Shown here piece after piece: positions 57,301 to 57,709 of a DNA stretch of 57,709 nt. Numbering within the stretch: position 1 is the first letter of the stretch; every line of letters begins with the position of its first letter. The notes beneath the pieces are model-generated. The model had not been told where the DNA came from. It worked only from the letters and a program-made list of their open reading frames with translations, and searched no databases. Source of the DNA: a virus (lineage: Duplodnaviria > Caudoviricetes); IMG/VR virus record IMGVR_UViG_3300025392_000646, positions 1-57,709 of that record. One strand, written 5' to 3'. The position numbers were made by a program, and so were the translations under genes.

Positions 57301-57709
57301 GCTCGTTCTGCTGCTGAACCAAAGTTTACAAAATTTGAGAACATATAATTAGACCCGCTTACATATTGTATATTAAGTTTAGTAGTATCTATATTATTTG
57401 CTTCAATATATTTGTTAAATAAATCATTTGATGTTGCAGAACCACTTGCTAACAAATCATCATAAACTTTAAATCCAATTCCATTATCAGTCATTAATGA
57501 AAAATTAGGTCCTTTTAATGGAGGACAAAATTGCTCACTTACACCAACTAAATTTAAAGTATCAATTATTGGACTTGATTGTAATTTAGAAATCCAAACT
57601 TGCTGATTTAGTTGTATTGTAGTATCTAATGGTTCGTATAATTTTAATATCAAACTATTATTACTACCAGTCCAAGTTGTAATTACTTTATTATTACCAC
57701 CTCCCAAAT
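54381..57709 (-). CDS. Large baseplate wedge-like protein (5' end outside the window)
   Basis: Frame is open to the right edge; LPYILKHKGTARAMKAIMACYG resembles the KGT motif of wedge proteins; LamG-like FVGNIDEFRLW; PARAKVSKGLLIEPHFLER. Confidence 0.6.
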   Translation of the reverse strand, partial: LGGGNNKVITTWTGSNNSLILKLYEPLDTTIQLNQQVWISKLQSSPIIDTLNLVGVSEQFCPPLKGPNFSLMTDNGIGFKVYDDLLASGSATSNDLFNKYIEANNIDTTKLNIQYVSGSNYMFSNFVNFGSAAERANNFFYKIQLIELYESKYQSLASGSTWINSISSVNEANKNLELKNQIVRTFDGYETFLYESKNDLAYPKNIDGSLIPSTDSYVIDWFAGLLNDSEYYDKYNTNSLSNNIPEFIKNDTENSDFILFLDMIGQHFDIVWAYINASNSNKILEQKQIIGIANDMVQNMLESFGWNTRKAFDSHFLWEYAFGTYKDGTQKYSMPLKDANNEVWRRILNNLPYILKHKGTARAMKAIMACYGVPQSMLTIMEFGGPQDPSADGVTQFTFDDRTAALVMEQSSSLSIPWHIVSPTSNYPESIEFRIKPSSYGTYSLISGSNFGINLIQTTGSFARLDIDLGMGTGSAYSYFLEPFTSASIQTYYMDQTIYYVSDADVVTGSLEFPVSLDYYSSVLVNRHDLGGNSSWYEINYSTTDGHRILTYASMSIMATTDIWESGSFLTVGGNGFVGNIDEFRLWRVPLEISKFQNHSLFPDAINGNSYTASTADLLYRLDFEYPKDRTDDNNIKNVSINQQYGEDYGYAQNFYSASSYPFQYEPYDRTVTANVPSVGFGFSNKIRFEDIELVSDLSYKVRATKKSFDRAPIDSSRLGLFLSPTKELNMDILKAFGDFNIDNYIGDPGDEYKENYSELQKLREYYFERLDRNINEYIQLIKYIDKSLFDVLHDIAPARAKVSKGLLIEPHFLERNKTLWDKPTTEYNNIEGEVVANENYVIESDVVGEDTLLDATKVATFDFEYNNIEGDINADETYTLVGTTPMYDGQIDYGFSGSLEGSYPTYETSIQIPSGSSITAEVDAFAMTVVGMDANSLDIAGFGLYAKNGVGIQKTIDLHGNISSSRVIVDLVEKSYTQNISTQIAGYPTIGAQPGDQVVYEDIPVTKYKYEVNIIPFVTASYGVPYQPSVGGTTISVTPLDGYYPTHYKFKNTLSEGLQRSFHKGSTQDATTTPDGLDPIQTFTTNPNILRVAKTGRGSGEPILEVN

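Noticed and set aside
3532-57352. Other short plus-strand or nested ORFs (for example 3532, 4615, 22430, 27565, 31647, 48452, 57104)
   Set aside because: Antisense to or nested in well-supported genes, with shadow-frame composition.
1-57709. Stop-codon reassignment, introns or inteins in conserved genes
   Set aside because: Genes are full length under the standard code and TAA, TAG and TGA all end genes; terminase, portal, primase and gp23 have ordinary sizes with no intein motifs.
1-57709. tRNA or rRNA genes
   Set aside because: Intergenic gaps are short and AT-rich; no cloverleaf or T-loop signature seen by eye.

Overview
An AT-rich 57.7-kb segment of a large T4-related tailed phage. Almost every gene lies on the minus strand. 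In transcription order (right to left) it carries: probable baseplate/tail genes (54381-57709 runs off the edge, then 53702, 52465, 51464); a small replication/recombination island (GIY-YIG nuclease, primase, single-ORF SbcD-SbcC/gp47-gp46 fusion); a 2310-aa tail fibre with its chaperone; a two-gene glycosyltransferase operon (GT4-type plus an AAH/TibC-like protein O-heptosyltransferase) flanked by paralogous coiled-coil genes; a 1204-aa mosaic protein (HxGH nucleotidyltransferase ... RNA-ligase-like KxDG domain); the head module (terminase gp17, portal gp20, core proteins, protease gp21, scaffold gp22, major capsid gp23); a free-standing HNH gene; an ~18-kb cluster of fibre/decoration genes with Gly-X-X Ser/Thr repeats and an S8 protease; and neck protein gp13, which runs off the left edge and is missing from the ORF track. 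Two TTTG-N20-TATATTTG promoters suggest a Bacteroidota host. A recurrent ATATTTATA sense-strand motif looks like the phage late promoter. The most interesting candidate system is phage-encoded virion O-glycosylation: the glycosyltransferases co-occur with an [S/T]-[G/A]-S tripeptide that is abundant in predicted surface proteins but, by eye, absent from the enzymes and internal head proteins. A 57-aa plus-strand ribbon-helix-helix gene below the ORF-track cutoff was also found. All family calls come from motif recognition by eye; no searches were run.
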